A DNA stretch of 43,207 nucleotides, taken from NCBI GenBank assembly GCA_964640775.1, contig CAZXIT010000002.1, positions 1 to 43,207 of the forward strand, given 5' to 3'. Shown here piece after piece: positions 36,228 through 43,207 of the stretch (position 1 is the stretch's first letter; each line of letters opens with the position of its first letter). Source of the stretch: an uncultured Candidatus Saccharibacteria bacterium (lineage in GTDB: Bacteria > Patescibacteriota > Saccharimonadia > Saccharimonadales > UBA4665). Both the position numbers and the translations under genes were made by a program. Under the pieces are notes generated by a model. The model did no database searches. It was given only the letters and a program-made list of their open reading frames with translations, and had not been told where the DNA came from.

Positions 36228-37661
36228 ATGCCAGACGAACGGAGTTCAGCCAGCGAGCACAATCCGCCGATTATTGTTATCTTTGGCATCACTGGCGATT
36301 TAGCGCAGCGCTACCTGCTGCCAGCCTTGTACCACCTAATCAAAGATCGGCTGCTAGACCCGCAAGCCGAAATTATTGGCATCACCAGGAGGGACGTTAG
36401 CGCAGATCAATTGTTTGAGCAAGTCGAGCTCTGCGTCAATGAGGCAGACAAAGTCTGCGACCCGGCCGCTCTAAAGTCCATCAGAAGCCGCACTCGCATG
36501 ATCAAGATGGATCTTGACGACGAGCACGCCTACATCGAGCTGCGGCAAACACTCGATAGCATTGAGGAGCAAAAAGGCATCTGCATGAACCGCTTGTACT
36601 ACCTGTCGATCCCCCCGCAGGTCTACCGGCCGATCATTGGCTACATGGGCGCGGCGAGGCTCAATACCAGCTGCCAGCACAACCAGGCTGTCACCCGTTT
36701 GCTCGTCGAAAAGCCATTTGGCTTTGACCTGAGTTCAGCCGAGGAGCTGATCAATGAGACCGGCAGTGTATTTGATGAGGCCCAGATATTTCGGATCGAC
36801 CATTTTCTGGCCAAAGAAATGGTCCAGAACATCGTCGCTTTCCGTTTTGAAAATCCATGGCTGGAGACCTGGTGGAATCATAAAACTATCACCAGCATCG
36901 AAATTAGCGCCGCCGAACAAATCACTATCGAAGGCCGGGCGAAGTTTTACGACCAAGTCGGGGCGCTGCGCGATTTTATCCAAAACCACCTGCTGCAGCT
37001 GCTGGCGATCATAACTATGGAGCAGCCGGAGCAGCTGGACAGCGACCACATCCATGCTGCCAAAGCCGCTCTGCTGCAGGATATCAGGCCCATGAGAGAA
37101 GACGAAGTAAGCGCCAAAGCCGTCCGGGGGCAGTACCGCGGCTACCCAGACGAAGTTGGCGATCCGAGCACGACGACCGAAACCTATGCCGGCCTCGCCT
37201 TGCAGATTGACAACCCTCGCTGGCAGGGGACACTAATCAGCCTGTGGACAGGCAAGGCTATGGAAAGTAAAAAGTATGAGATTACCCTCTATTTTCAAGA
37301 TGATGGGGCGGGGAGGATGAGCAGTTTGCATTTTCGTATTCAGCCCGATGGCGGCATACGGCTCGATCTGCAGGGCCAGCCGCTGGCTTTTAGCAAACAG
37401 CTGCGCGAGCTGGCCGCCCGGTACGCTCCAAAACAGAGCACCAATAGGCACAAACATCCTGACGCTTACGAGCGGGTATTCGTGGGCGCTGTCAGTGGCG
37501 ACCACACCCTGTTCGCCACAAGCGAAGAAGTGCTGGCTAGCTGGCGCATTATTCAGCCCGTACTTGCCGCCTGGCAAAACACCTCCAGCGACCTGCAGAC
37601 CTACGAGCCGGGAGCTAAAGGACCCTTGAGCGCTTCGGCCGCTGGAAAGACTATTGCTTAA
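36228..37661 (+). CDS. zwf: glucose-6-phosphate 1-dehydrogenase
   Basis: Dinucleotide motif IFGITGDLAQRYLLPALY and active-site motif RIDHFLAKE. The start was trimmed from ORF-track 35910 to ATG 36228, which lies 6 nt after TGcTATAGT. Confidence 0.9.
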   Translation: MPDERSSASEHNPPIIVIFGITGDLAQRYLLPALYHLIKDRLLDPQAEIIGITRRDVSADQLFEQVELCVNEADKVCDPAALKSIRSRTRMIKMDLDDEHAYIELRQTLDSIEEQKGICMNRLYYLSIPPQVYRPIIGYMGAARLNTSCQHNQAVTRLLVEKPFGFDLSSAEELINETGSVFDEAQIFRIDHFLAKEMVQNIVAFRFENPWLETWWNHKTITSIEISAAEQITIEGRAKFYDQVGALRDFIQNHLLQLLAIITMEQPEQLDSDHIHAAKAALLQDIRPMREDEVSAKAVRGQYRGYPDEVGDPSTTTETYAGLALQIDNPRWQGTLISLWTGKAMESKKYEITLYFQDDGAGRMSSLHFRIQPDGGIRLDLQGQPLAFSKQLRELAARYAPKQSTNRHKHPDAYERVFVGAVSGDHTLFATSEEVLASWRIIQPVLAAWQNTSSDLQTYEPGAKGPLSASAAGKTIA

Positions 37662-37664
37662 GCA

Positions 37665-38831
37665 ATGCTCGTCGATCTGCTGATTATTGCCGGTCTCGCC
37701 AGTGCGCTGTTTCGCGGCCGCAAACTTGGCTTTATACGGCAGCTATTGTCGACCGCTGGGTTTTTTGCCGGAGTGCTCATTGGCGCCTGGCTGCAGCCGC
37801 ATGTCGTCGTCTGGGGCTCAAACGCCGAAGACCGCGCCGCGCTGACGGTTCTCAGCATTCTCGGCAGCGCCCTGCTGCTGCTGACGCTTGGCGAATACTT
37901 TGGCGCCTACCTCAAGCAGCGCCTGCAGGTTCGACAGGTTAACAGCGTAGACAACACCTTGGGCAGCGTACTGAGTGTACTATCCCTCATCGTCTCCGTC
38001 TGGCTGGTGGCCTCCATAATCAATAATTCCTCCGTTCCTCAGCTGCAGACCGCAGTCCGCAGTTCACGCATTATCGGCCAGATAAATCGCATCTTGCCGC
38101 CAGCACCCGGCGTCATCGACAGGCTGAGCCGTCTCATTGACCCCAACGGTTTCCCGGACGTATTTATCGGCAATGAGCCGATCCCGCGCACCACCGCCAA
38201 TTTGCCGCAGCTCGGCGACTTAGCCGCGGCCGTCAGCCAAGACAAAGACGCAGTAGTACGCATTAAAGGCCAAGGCTGCGGCGGCATTGTCGCCGGCTCT
38301 GGCTTTGTGGTCGGCAGCGGCCTGGTTGCTACCAATGCCCACGTTGTAGCCGGCATCAAACAGCCCTTTGTGCAAGACGTCAACGGCAGCCATAAAGCCA
38401 GTGTGATTAGCTTTGATCCTCAGCTTGACTTCGCTATTTTGCGTACTTCACAGCTGGCTGGACAGCCGCTGAGTATAGCCAGCCAGCCAGCTAAAGCTGG
38501 CACACCGGCGGCTGTCTTAGGCTATCCGGGCGGGGGCGGCTTCAGTGCCAGTCCGGCGGCTGTCCTGCGTCAATTGCGGGCCAGCGGCCGCAATATCTAC
38601 GACCAAGGCCACACCCTCCGAGACATTTACGAAGTCCAGGCCGATGTCGTTCGCGGCAATTCCGGCGGTCCGCTAGTCACCCAGGACGGCAGTGTCATCG
38701 GGGTTATTTTTGCTGAATCAACCGCCTATAACCATGTTGGCTACGCCCTAACCACCCCGAAAATGCTGATCGAAATCAAGCAGTCTGCCAACCTCACAAA
38801 AATTGTTGGCACCGGCCGCTGCACCGAATAA
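37665..38831 (+). CDS. CvpA-domain membrane protein fused to a trypsin-like serine protease (MarP-like)
   Basis: The N-terminal 4-TM region resembles CvpA (LLIIAGLASALFRGRKLGF...). The C-terminal S1 protease has catalytic contexts TNAHVV, DFAILR and GNSGGPLV. It starts 3 nt after the zwf stop. Confidence 0.85.
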   Translation: MLVDLLIIAGLASALFRGRKLGFIRQLLSTAGFFAGVLIGAWLQPHVVVWGSNAEDRAALTVLSILGSALLLLTLGEYFGAYLKQRLQVRQVNSVDNTLGSVLSVLSLIVSVWLVASIINNSSVPQLQTAVRSSRIIGQINRILPPAPGVIDRLSRLIDPNGFPDVFIGNEPIPRTTANLPQLGDLAAAVSQDKDAVVRIKGQGCGGIVAGSGFVVGSGLVATNAHVVAGIKQPFVQDVNGSHKASVISFDPQLDFAILRTSQLAGQPLSIASQPAKAGTPAAVLGYPGGGGFSASPAAVLRQLRASGRNIYDQGHTLRDIYEVQADVVRGNSGGPLVTQDGSVIGVIFAESTAYNHVGYALTTPKMLIEIKQSANLTKIVGTGRCTE

Positions 38832-38872
38832 TGCAGCGGCCGATAAATAGGCTATAATGGACAGTAAGAGTT

Positions 38873-39475
38873 ATGACACGCCCCCATTGGACCGTCAAAA
38901 AAGTTTTGCCCTGCATCTTGATAATCGGCGGGGTGATCGGCTATGCCTGCGCCTTTATTATCATGTTTGACAAAGTCCGCCTCCTAGACAACGCCCACTA
39001 CATCCCCTCGTGCAACCTCAACCCGATCATCAGCTGCGGCAATGTTATGCAAAGCAAGCAAGCCACGGCCTTTGGCTTCCCAAACCCCTTTATCGGGCTG
39101 GGCGCCTTTCCGGTACTGGCTGTTATTGGGGCGGCGATCTTAGCCGGCGGACGGTTCAAGCGCTGGTTTTGGCTGGGCCTCAATGCCGGACTAGTATTTG
39201 CTGTAGGCTTCGTACACTGGCTCTTTTTTGAGAGCGTCTATCGGATCCAGGCACTCTGTCCGTGGTGCATGATCGTCTGGATCATCTGTATTGCGACGTT
39301 TTGGTATGTCACTCTCTACAATATCGACGAAAAACACATCAGATTGCCGAAAAAAACACAGGCAGCCTATGCCTGGATACGCCGTCACCACCTCGACTTG
39401 CTGGTGTTATGGTTTCTGATCATCACCGCCCTGATTTTGAAGCATTTCTGGTATTATTACAGTAGATTTTTCTAA
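38873..39475 (+). CDS. vitamin K epoxide reductase (VKOR) family protein
   Basis: A 200-aa polytopic membrane protein with a loop cysteine pair (CNLNPIISC) and a CPWC redox motif. Confidence 0.82.
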   Translation: MTRPHWTVKKVLPCILIIGGVIGYACAFIIMFDKVRLLDNAHYIPSCNLNPIISCGNVMQSKQATAFGFPNPFIGLGAFPVLAVIGAAILAGGRFKRWFWLGLNAGLVFAVGFVHWLFFESVYRIQALCPWCMIVWIICIATFWYVTLYNIDEKHIRLPKKTQAAYAWIRRHHLDLLVLWFLIITALILKHFWYYYSRFF

Positions 39476-39500
39476 AACGTAAACCCCCTGAGAAGACCCT

Positions 39501-40892
39501 ATGTCAAAAACCGAAAAAGATATTTTTAGAAAAAGCGCTGAAGCACCCGCCGAATTTCTGGACCGGACGGTCATCGCCACCCAGGCAGCCACCCAGAAAC
39601 TTGGCGCTGCCATGCCCGAAAGCAGCCACCTGGTCAAAAAAACCGGTGATTACTGGCATATGCTCGGTCCCGGGCTGACGACCGGCGCTTCAGACGACGA
39701 TCCTTCCGGCATCGCCACCTATTCGCAAACCGGCGCCCAATTTGGTTTTCATTTCCTGTGGCTGGCGGCCTGGACATTCCCGCTGACAGCTATTGTGCAG
39801 GAAATGTGCGCCAGGATCGGACTCGTAACAGGGCGGGGGCTGGCTGGCAACATCCGGGTACACTTTAGCCGCCGGGTCCTATATATCTGCTCAGTACTGC
39901 TGTTTATCGCCAATGCCGTCAACATCGGCGCTGACTTAGGCGCCATGGCCAAAGCCTCGCAGCTGCTCAACCCCCAGCTGAGTTTCGGCTGGCTGGTTGC
40001 CGGCTTTACCGCTCTCAGCCTCGGCTTGCAGATTTTTACGCCCTATGTCCGCTATGCCCGCTACTTAAAGTGGCTGGCACTGGTGCTGTTAGCCTATGTC
40101 TTTTCGGCCATCCTCGCCCACCTCAATTGGACGCAAGTCTTGCAAACTGCATTGGTACCGCACCTCAGTTTCAATAAAGACGAGCTGATTATTCTGTGTG
40201 CCATCCTCGGTACTACTATCTCGCCGTACCTGTTTTTCTGGCAGACCTCACAGGAGGTAGAAGAACAGATCTTGCAAGGTAAAACCACCCAGCATGACCG
40301 GCGAACGGCTACTTCATCGACTGATATCAAGAGCATGCGCATCGATGTCTGGTCAGGCATGTTCCTAAGCAACCTGGTGATGTTTTTCATTATCGCCGCT
40401 TGCGGCGGCATCCTGTTTACTCACGGTATTACCAACATCCAATCCGCCGCCCAAGCTGCCGAAGCCCTGCGGCCTTTCGCCGGCAATGCTACTTATTTCC
40501 TATTTGCGATCGGCATCATTGGCACCGGCCTGCTGGCCATCCCGGTCTTGGCTGGCGCCAGCAGCTACGGCCTTAGCGAAAGCTTCCGCTGGCGCGAGGG
40601 ACTCTACCGTCCGCTCAAACAGGCCTACGCCTTCTACGGGGTGATTATCATTTCCATGCTTGTCGGCTTAGGGATTAATTTCCTGGGCATCGACCCGATT
40701 AAAGCCCTAATCTACTCGGCCTTTCTAAACGGCCTGATAGCGCCGATCATCCTGGCCCTGATAGTCATTATGAGCAGCAAGCATCACATTATGGGCCGCT
40801 GGACCAATAAGCGCTCCACCACCTGGCTCGGCTGGAGTATCACCGCCGTCATGGCTGTCGTCGGCATCGCCGGTGTTATTTCGCTGTTCTAG
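39501..40892 (+). CDS. NRAMP/SLC11-family transporter homologue with non-canonical metal-site motifs
   Basis: A 463-aa polytopic protein. The TM1 motif is GASDDDPSGIATYSQTGAQFG, where canonical Nramp has DPGN. The TM6 region is GTTISPYLFFWQ, where the canonical motif is MPH. Confidence 0.8.
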   Translation: MSKTEKDIFRKSAEAPAEFLDRTVIATQAATQKLGAAMPESSHLVKKTGDYWHMLGPGLTTGASDDDPSGIATYSQTGAQFGFHFLWLAAWTFPLTAIVQEMCARIGLVTGRGLAGNIRVHFSRRVLYICSVLLFIANAVNIGADLGAMAKASQLLNPQLSFGWLVAGFTALSLGLQIFTPYVRYARYLKWLALVLLAYVFSAILAHLNWTQVLQTALVPHLSFNKDELIILCAILGTTISPYLFFWQTSQEVEEQILQGKTTQHDRRTATSSTDIKSMRIDVWSGMFLSNLVMFFIIAACGGILFTHGITNIQSAAQAAEALRPFAGNATYFLFAIGIIGTGLLAIPVLAGASSYGLSESFRWREGLYRPLKQAYAFYGVIIISMLVGLGINFLGIDPIKALIYSAFLNGLIAPIILALIVIMSSKHHIMGRWTNKRSTTWLGWSITAVMAVVGIAGVISLF

Positions 40893-40897
40893 ATCGT

Positions 40898-40931
40898 CTT
40901 GACAGGCGGGTGTACTAGCACCGCTGTCAAG
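40898..40931. terminator. hairpin between the convergent NRAMP and FtsX-permease genes (candidate bidirectional terminator)
   Basis: CTTGACAGGCGG pairs with CCGCTGTCAAG over 11 bp with one bulged G and an 11-nt loop. No U-tract is present on either side. Confidence 0.5.
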
Positions 40932-40934
40932 CCG

Positions 40935-42164
40935 CTATTCACCTCTGAGCGCTTCGATAGGGTCTTTGCGGGCTGCCTTAAAGGCTGGGACAGTGCCGAA
41001 AATGACACCGACCAGCAGAGAAGTACCGCTGGCGAGCAGTACGACCTGCCACTGGATGACCGGCTGCAAATCGGTGAAAATTCGCAGTACGATATCAATT
41101 GCGCAGGCCAGTGCGATGCCGATGGCGCCGCCGCTCAAACCAAGTACGGTTGATTCCAGCATAAACTGGCTCCAAATTTGACGGTTGGTAGCTCCTACGG
41201 CCTTGCGTATGCCGATCTCATGCACCCGTTCAGCTACCGATACCAGCATGACATTCATGATGCCGATACCACTGACGAGCAGCGAGATTGCCGCAACGCC
41301 GGCGATTAACCGAGTTAGCAAATCAAGGATGGTATTGCTGGCAGCTAGGTTCTGATTGCCCGACAGGACACTGACGCCGCTTTGACCGCCGTGGGTCTTG
41401 TCCAGCGCCCGTTTGATGCGAACAGTCACTGCATCGGTCTGGGACGCGTCAGCCGGCCGCGTCAAAATCTGATAGGTGGGCGCCGTATTGTTGCTCAGCT
41501 GTTCGGCTACTTGGTTGGGAATGAATATGACATTATTAAAATCTAGCTGCTGGGTCAGCGGCGAAGCCGGGAATTGATTGAATATGCCTCGTACGATGAA
41601 CTGCTCGCCATGGAAGCTAAAGCTGCCGCCCAGCGGCACGTCTTCGTTAAACATGCTCTCCACGGCATGCTGGCCGAGGACTGCGACATGCGCCTCGCTC
41701 TCGTCATCGCCCCAGAAGCTGCCGTATGCCAAAGACTGGTTTAGCAGGCCGGGCAGTGCCGGTGTGGTGCCAATTACCGAGCCGGCCCGGTAATTGCCCG
41801 TCGCTCCAGCTACCGCTCCGCTGGCAATGGTCAGCGGGGCAGTCGCCGCCAAGCCTTTGACGTGCTCGGTTGTAGCAATATCTTTGGCCGACAGGGGGCC
41901 GGCAGTATTGAGGCCAGCGAGCAGGCTCAAGCTTTGGGCGTCAGAGCCGCTGCCGTGCAGCTGGGCCGGACGGATGGTGATTAAGTTCTTGTCGGCACGG
42001 TGGATCTGGCCGGATATTTGCTGTTTGATACCTTCGCCGATAGCTACCACGGAAATAATTGAGGCCACGCCGATGATAACGCCAAGCATAGTCCAGAAAC
42101 TGCGAATTTTGGCGCTGCGTACGGCGCTAAAACCGGTTTTTAAGTGGCCGTGGAAGAGCTTCAT
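40935..42164 (-). CDS. MacB-type ABC transporter permease (FtsX family)
   Basis: 409 aa: an N-terminal TM helix, an extracytoplasmic domain of about 230 aa, and a C-terminal FtsX three-helix bundle. A 4-nt overlap with the upstream ATPase gene. Confidence 0.88.
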   Translation of the reverse strand: MKLFHGHLKTGFSAVRSAKIRSFWTMLGVIIGVASIISVVAIGEGIKQQISGQIHRADKNLITIRPAQLHGSGSDAQSLSLLAGLNTAGPLSAKDIATTEHVKGLAATAPLTIASGAVAGATGNYRAGSVIGTTPALPGLLNQSLAYGSFWGDDESEAHVAVLGQHAVESMFNEDVPLGGSFSFHGEQFIVRGIFNQFPASPLTQQLDFNNVIFIPNQVAEQLSNNTAPTYQILTRPADASQTDAVTVRIKRALDKTHGGQSGVSVLSGNQNLAASNTILDLLTRLIAGVAAISLLVSGIGIMNVMLVSVAERVHEIGIRKAVGATNRQIWSQFMLESTVLGLSGGAIGIALACAIDIVLRIFTDLQPVIQWQVVLLASGTSLLVGVIFGTVPAFKAARKDPIEALRGE

Positions 42165-43057
42165 GACTTTTTATCCTGGCGCTGAGGGCTTTTTGGGGAT
42201 TTTGTACGGGTAGTGGACTTGGCCTTTTTGGAAACGGCTTTTTTACGCTTGGCAGCAGGCAGCGGTTTGTCAGGCAGGGCTTTCATCAGCGCCGATACGC
42301 CGGCCAGGTCGTCTTCTTCGTTGGTAGTCGGCAGAGTATACAGGACTTTGCGCGCCGTGGTGGCTACATGGCCGAGGGCTGTTTTTTCGTCGTGGATAAT
42401 GGCACCGTCGTGCATGTAGACGACACGCGTGGCAAACCGGGTGAGTTCCGGATTATGCGTCACAAACAGGATGGTATTGCCCATTTTGTGGACATCGGCC
42501 AGCAGTTCCATGACTAGTCGCGAGCTGGCACTGTCGAGGTTGCCGGTCGGCTCGTCGGCAATAATAAGTTTGGGCTCGTTGACCAGCGCCCGGGCGATGG
42601 CGGCACACTGCGCCTGGCCGCCGCTGAGCTGGCTGGGCAGATAATATTCACGGCTTTGGATGCCGACACGATCGAGCATCTGGCTGGCAAGTTTGAGGCG
42701 GCGGCTGGCTGAGGTACCCTTGTAGCTCAGCGGCAAAGCCACATTTTCGAGAGCTGTCAGCTTCGGCAAGAGGTTGAACGACTGGAAAATAAAACCGATC
42801 TTGTCGCGCCGGATTTTGGCCGCCTGATTGGTGCGCAGACGGGCAACCGGTTTGCCATCAAAACGATAGTTGCCATGTGTCGGGCGATCAAGCAGGCCTA
42901 TGAGGTTCATCAGCGTGCTCTTGCCGCAGCCGCTGGGGCCCATCACGGCTACGAACTCGCCTTTCTCAATACTAATACTGACCTCGTCGAGCGCTAGGGT
43001 AGTAGCATCGCCGAAGCCGTACAGTTTGCTGACGTCTTGCAGTTCAATCAGGGCCAT
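42161..43057 (-). CDS. MacB/LolD-type ABC transporter ATP-binding protein with a basic C-terminal tail
   Basis: Walker A GPSGCGKST, signature LSGGQAQC, Walker B IIADEPTGNLD. A Lys/Ser/Thr/Pro-rich tail of about 70 aa follows the NBD. Confidence 0.9.
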   Translation of the reverse strand: MALIELQDVSKLYGFGDATTLALDEVSISIEKGEFVAVMGPSGCGKSTLMNLIGLLDRPTHGNYRFDGKPVARLRTNQAAKIRRDKIGFIFQSFNLLPKLTALENVALPLSYKGTSASRRLKLASQMLDRVGIQSREYYLPSQLSGGQAQCAAIARALVNEPKLIIADEPTGNLDSASSRLVMELLADVHKMGNTILFVTHNPELTRFATRVVYMHDGAIIHDEKTALGHVATTARKVLYTLPTTNEEDDLAGVSALMKALPDKPLPAAKRKKAVSKKAKSTTRTKSPKSPQRQDKKS

Positions 43058-43134
43058 TCGTCCTACCAGTGTACGCCTTTACTTGCACAATTTACAGGGT
43101 ATTTTGTAGTAATTATCGGCACAGTCCGGCTATT

Positions 43135-43143
43135 TGGTATACT
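43135..43143 (+). promoter_or_regulatory. extended -10 (TGgTATACT) upstream of tRNA-Ser
   Basis: TGgTATACT ends 10 nt before the mature tRNA 5' end. Confidence 0.45.
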
Positions 43144-43153
43144 GGCTACCATT

Positions 43154-43207
43154 GGAGGGGTCGCCTAGTGGCCTATGGCGCCGTCTTGGAAAGGCGGTTT
43201 GGGAGCA
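43154..43207 (+). tRNA. tRNA-Ser (anticodon GGA), class II, truncated by the window end
   Basis: Acceptor 5' half GGAGGGG. A 3-bp D stem (GCC/GGC) with GG in the loop. Anticodon stem CCGTC/GGCGG with loop TTGGAAA, giving anticodon GGA. A long variable arm starts before the sequence stops. Confidence 0.8.

Noticed and set aside
1-43207. CRISPR arrays, tandem or interspersed repeats, IS elements, integrases, prophage genes, toxin-antitoxin pairs or defence systems. A tRNA at the right edge could mark an integration hotspot.
   Set aside because: I saw no repeat-spacer periodicity and no transposase, integrase or phage-like translation in the ORF track. The tRNA is truncated by the window edge and nothing island-like is visible on its left side. 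By-eye repeat detection is limited, so a self-dot-plot would be needed to exclude short dispersed repeats.

Overview
This is a dense, GC-rich bacterial chromosomal window with 33 protein genes and a truncated tRNA-Ser(GGA) at the right edge. All family calls are by eye from motifs in the supplied translations; no searches or folding programs were run.

Gene content:
- About 30 kb (7323-37661) is a merged nucleotide-biosynthesis island.
- Purine genes: purH, purB, purC, purE, purD, purN, purF, purM, large single-chain purL and purA.
- Pyrimidine genes: carA, carB, pyrB, pyrC, pyrD, pyrE and pyrF.
- PRPP and sugar-phosphate supply: prs and zwf, with fbp plus a class I aldolase 4.5 kb upstream.
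- Flanks: a type-1 ABC exporter, an orphan RND pump with a small membrane protein, a CvpA-protease fusion (MarP-like), VKOR, a non-canonical NRAMP homologue and a MacB-type ABC pair.

I recognised no transposase, integrase, CRISPR, phage, toxin or defence gene. I cannot point to a clear novel multi-gene system.

Best candidates for something undescribed:
1. A low-GC gene inside the pur cluster encodes a single chain with three tandem LuxR/GerE-type HTH repeats.
2. A non-pathway insert between pyrD and a CAD-like dihydroorotase holds a SLOG/LOG-like protein, an arginase-family enzyme and an elongated M20 carbamoylase-like enzyme.
3. A shared 15-nt palindrome made of back-to-back -10 hexamers sits at both divergent pur promoters. 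Beside one copy is a 195-bp purF leader with a Shine-Dalgarno-sequestering hairpin.
4. About a dozen transcription-unit-leading genes have a TAnnnT hexamer 6-8 nt upstream of the ATG, which suggests leaderless mRNAs. I used this pattern to re-assign several start codons.
5. The cluster has a class-I-like PurE but no purK, and a PurH that lacks a lysine I recall as catalytic in its cyclohydrolase domain.
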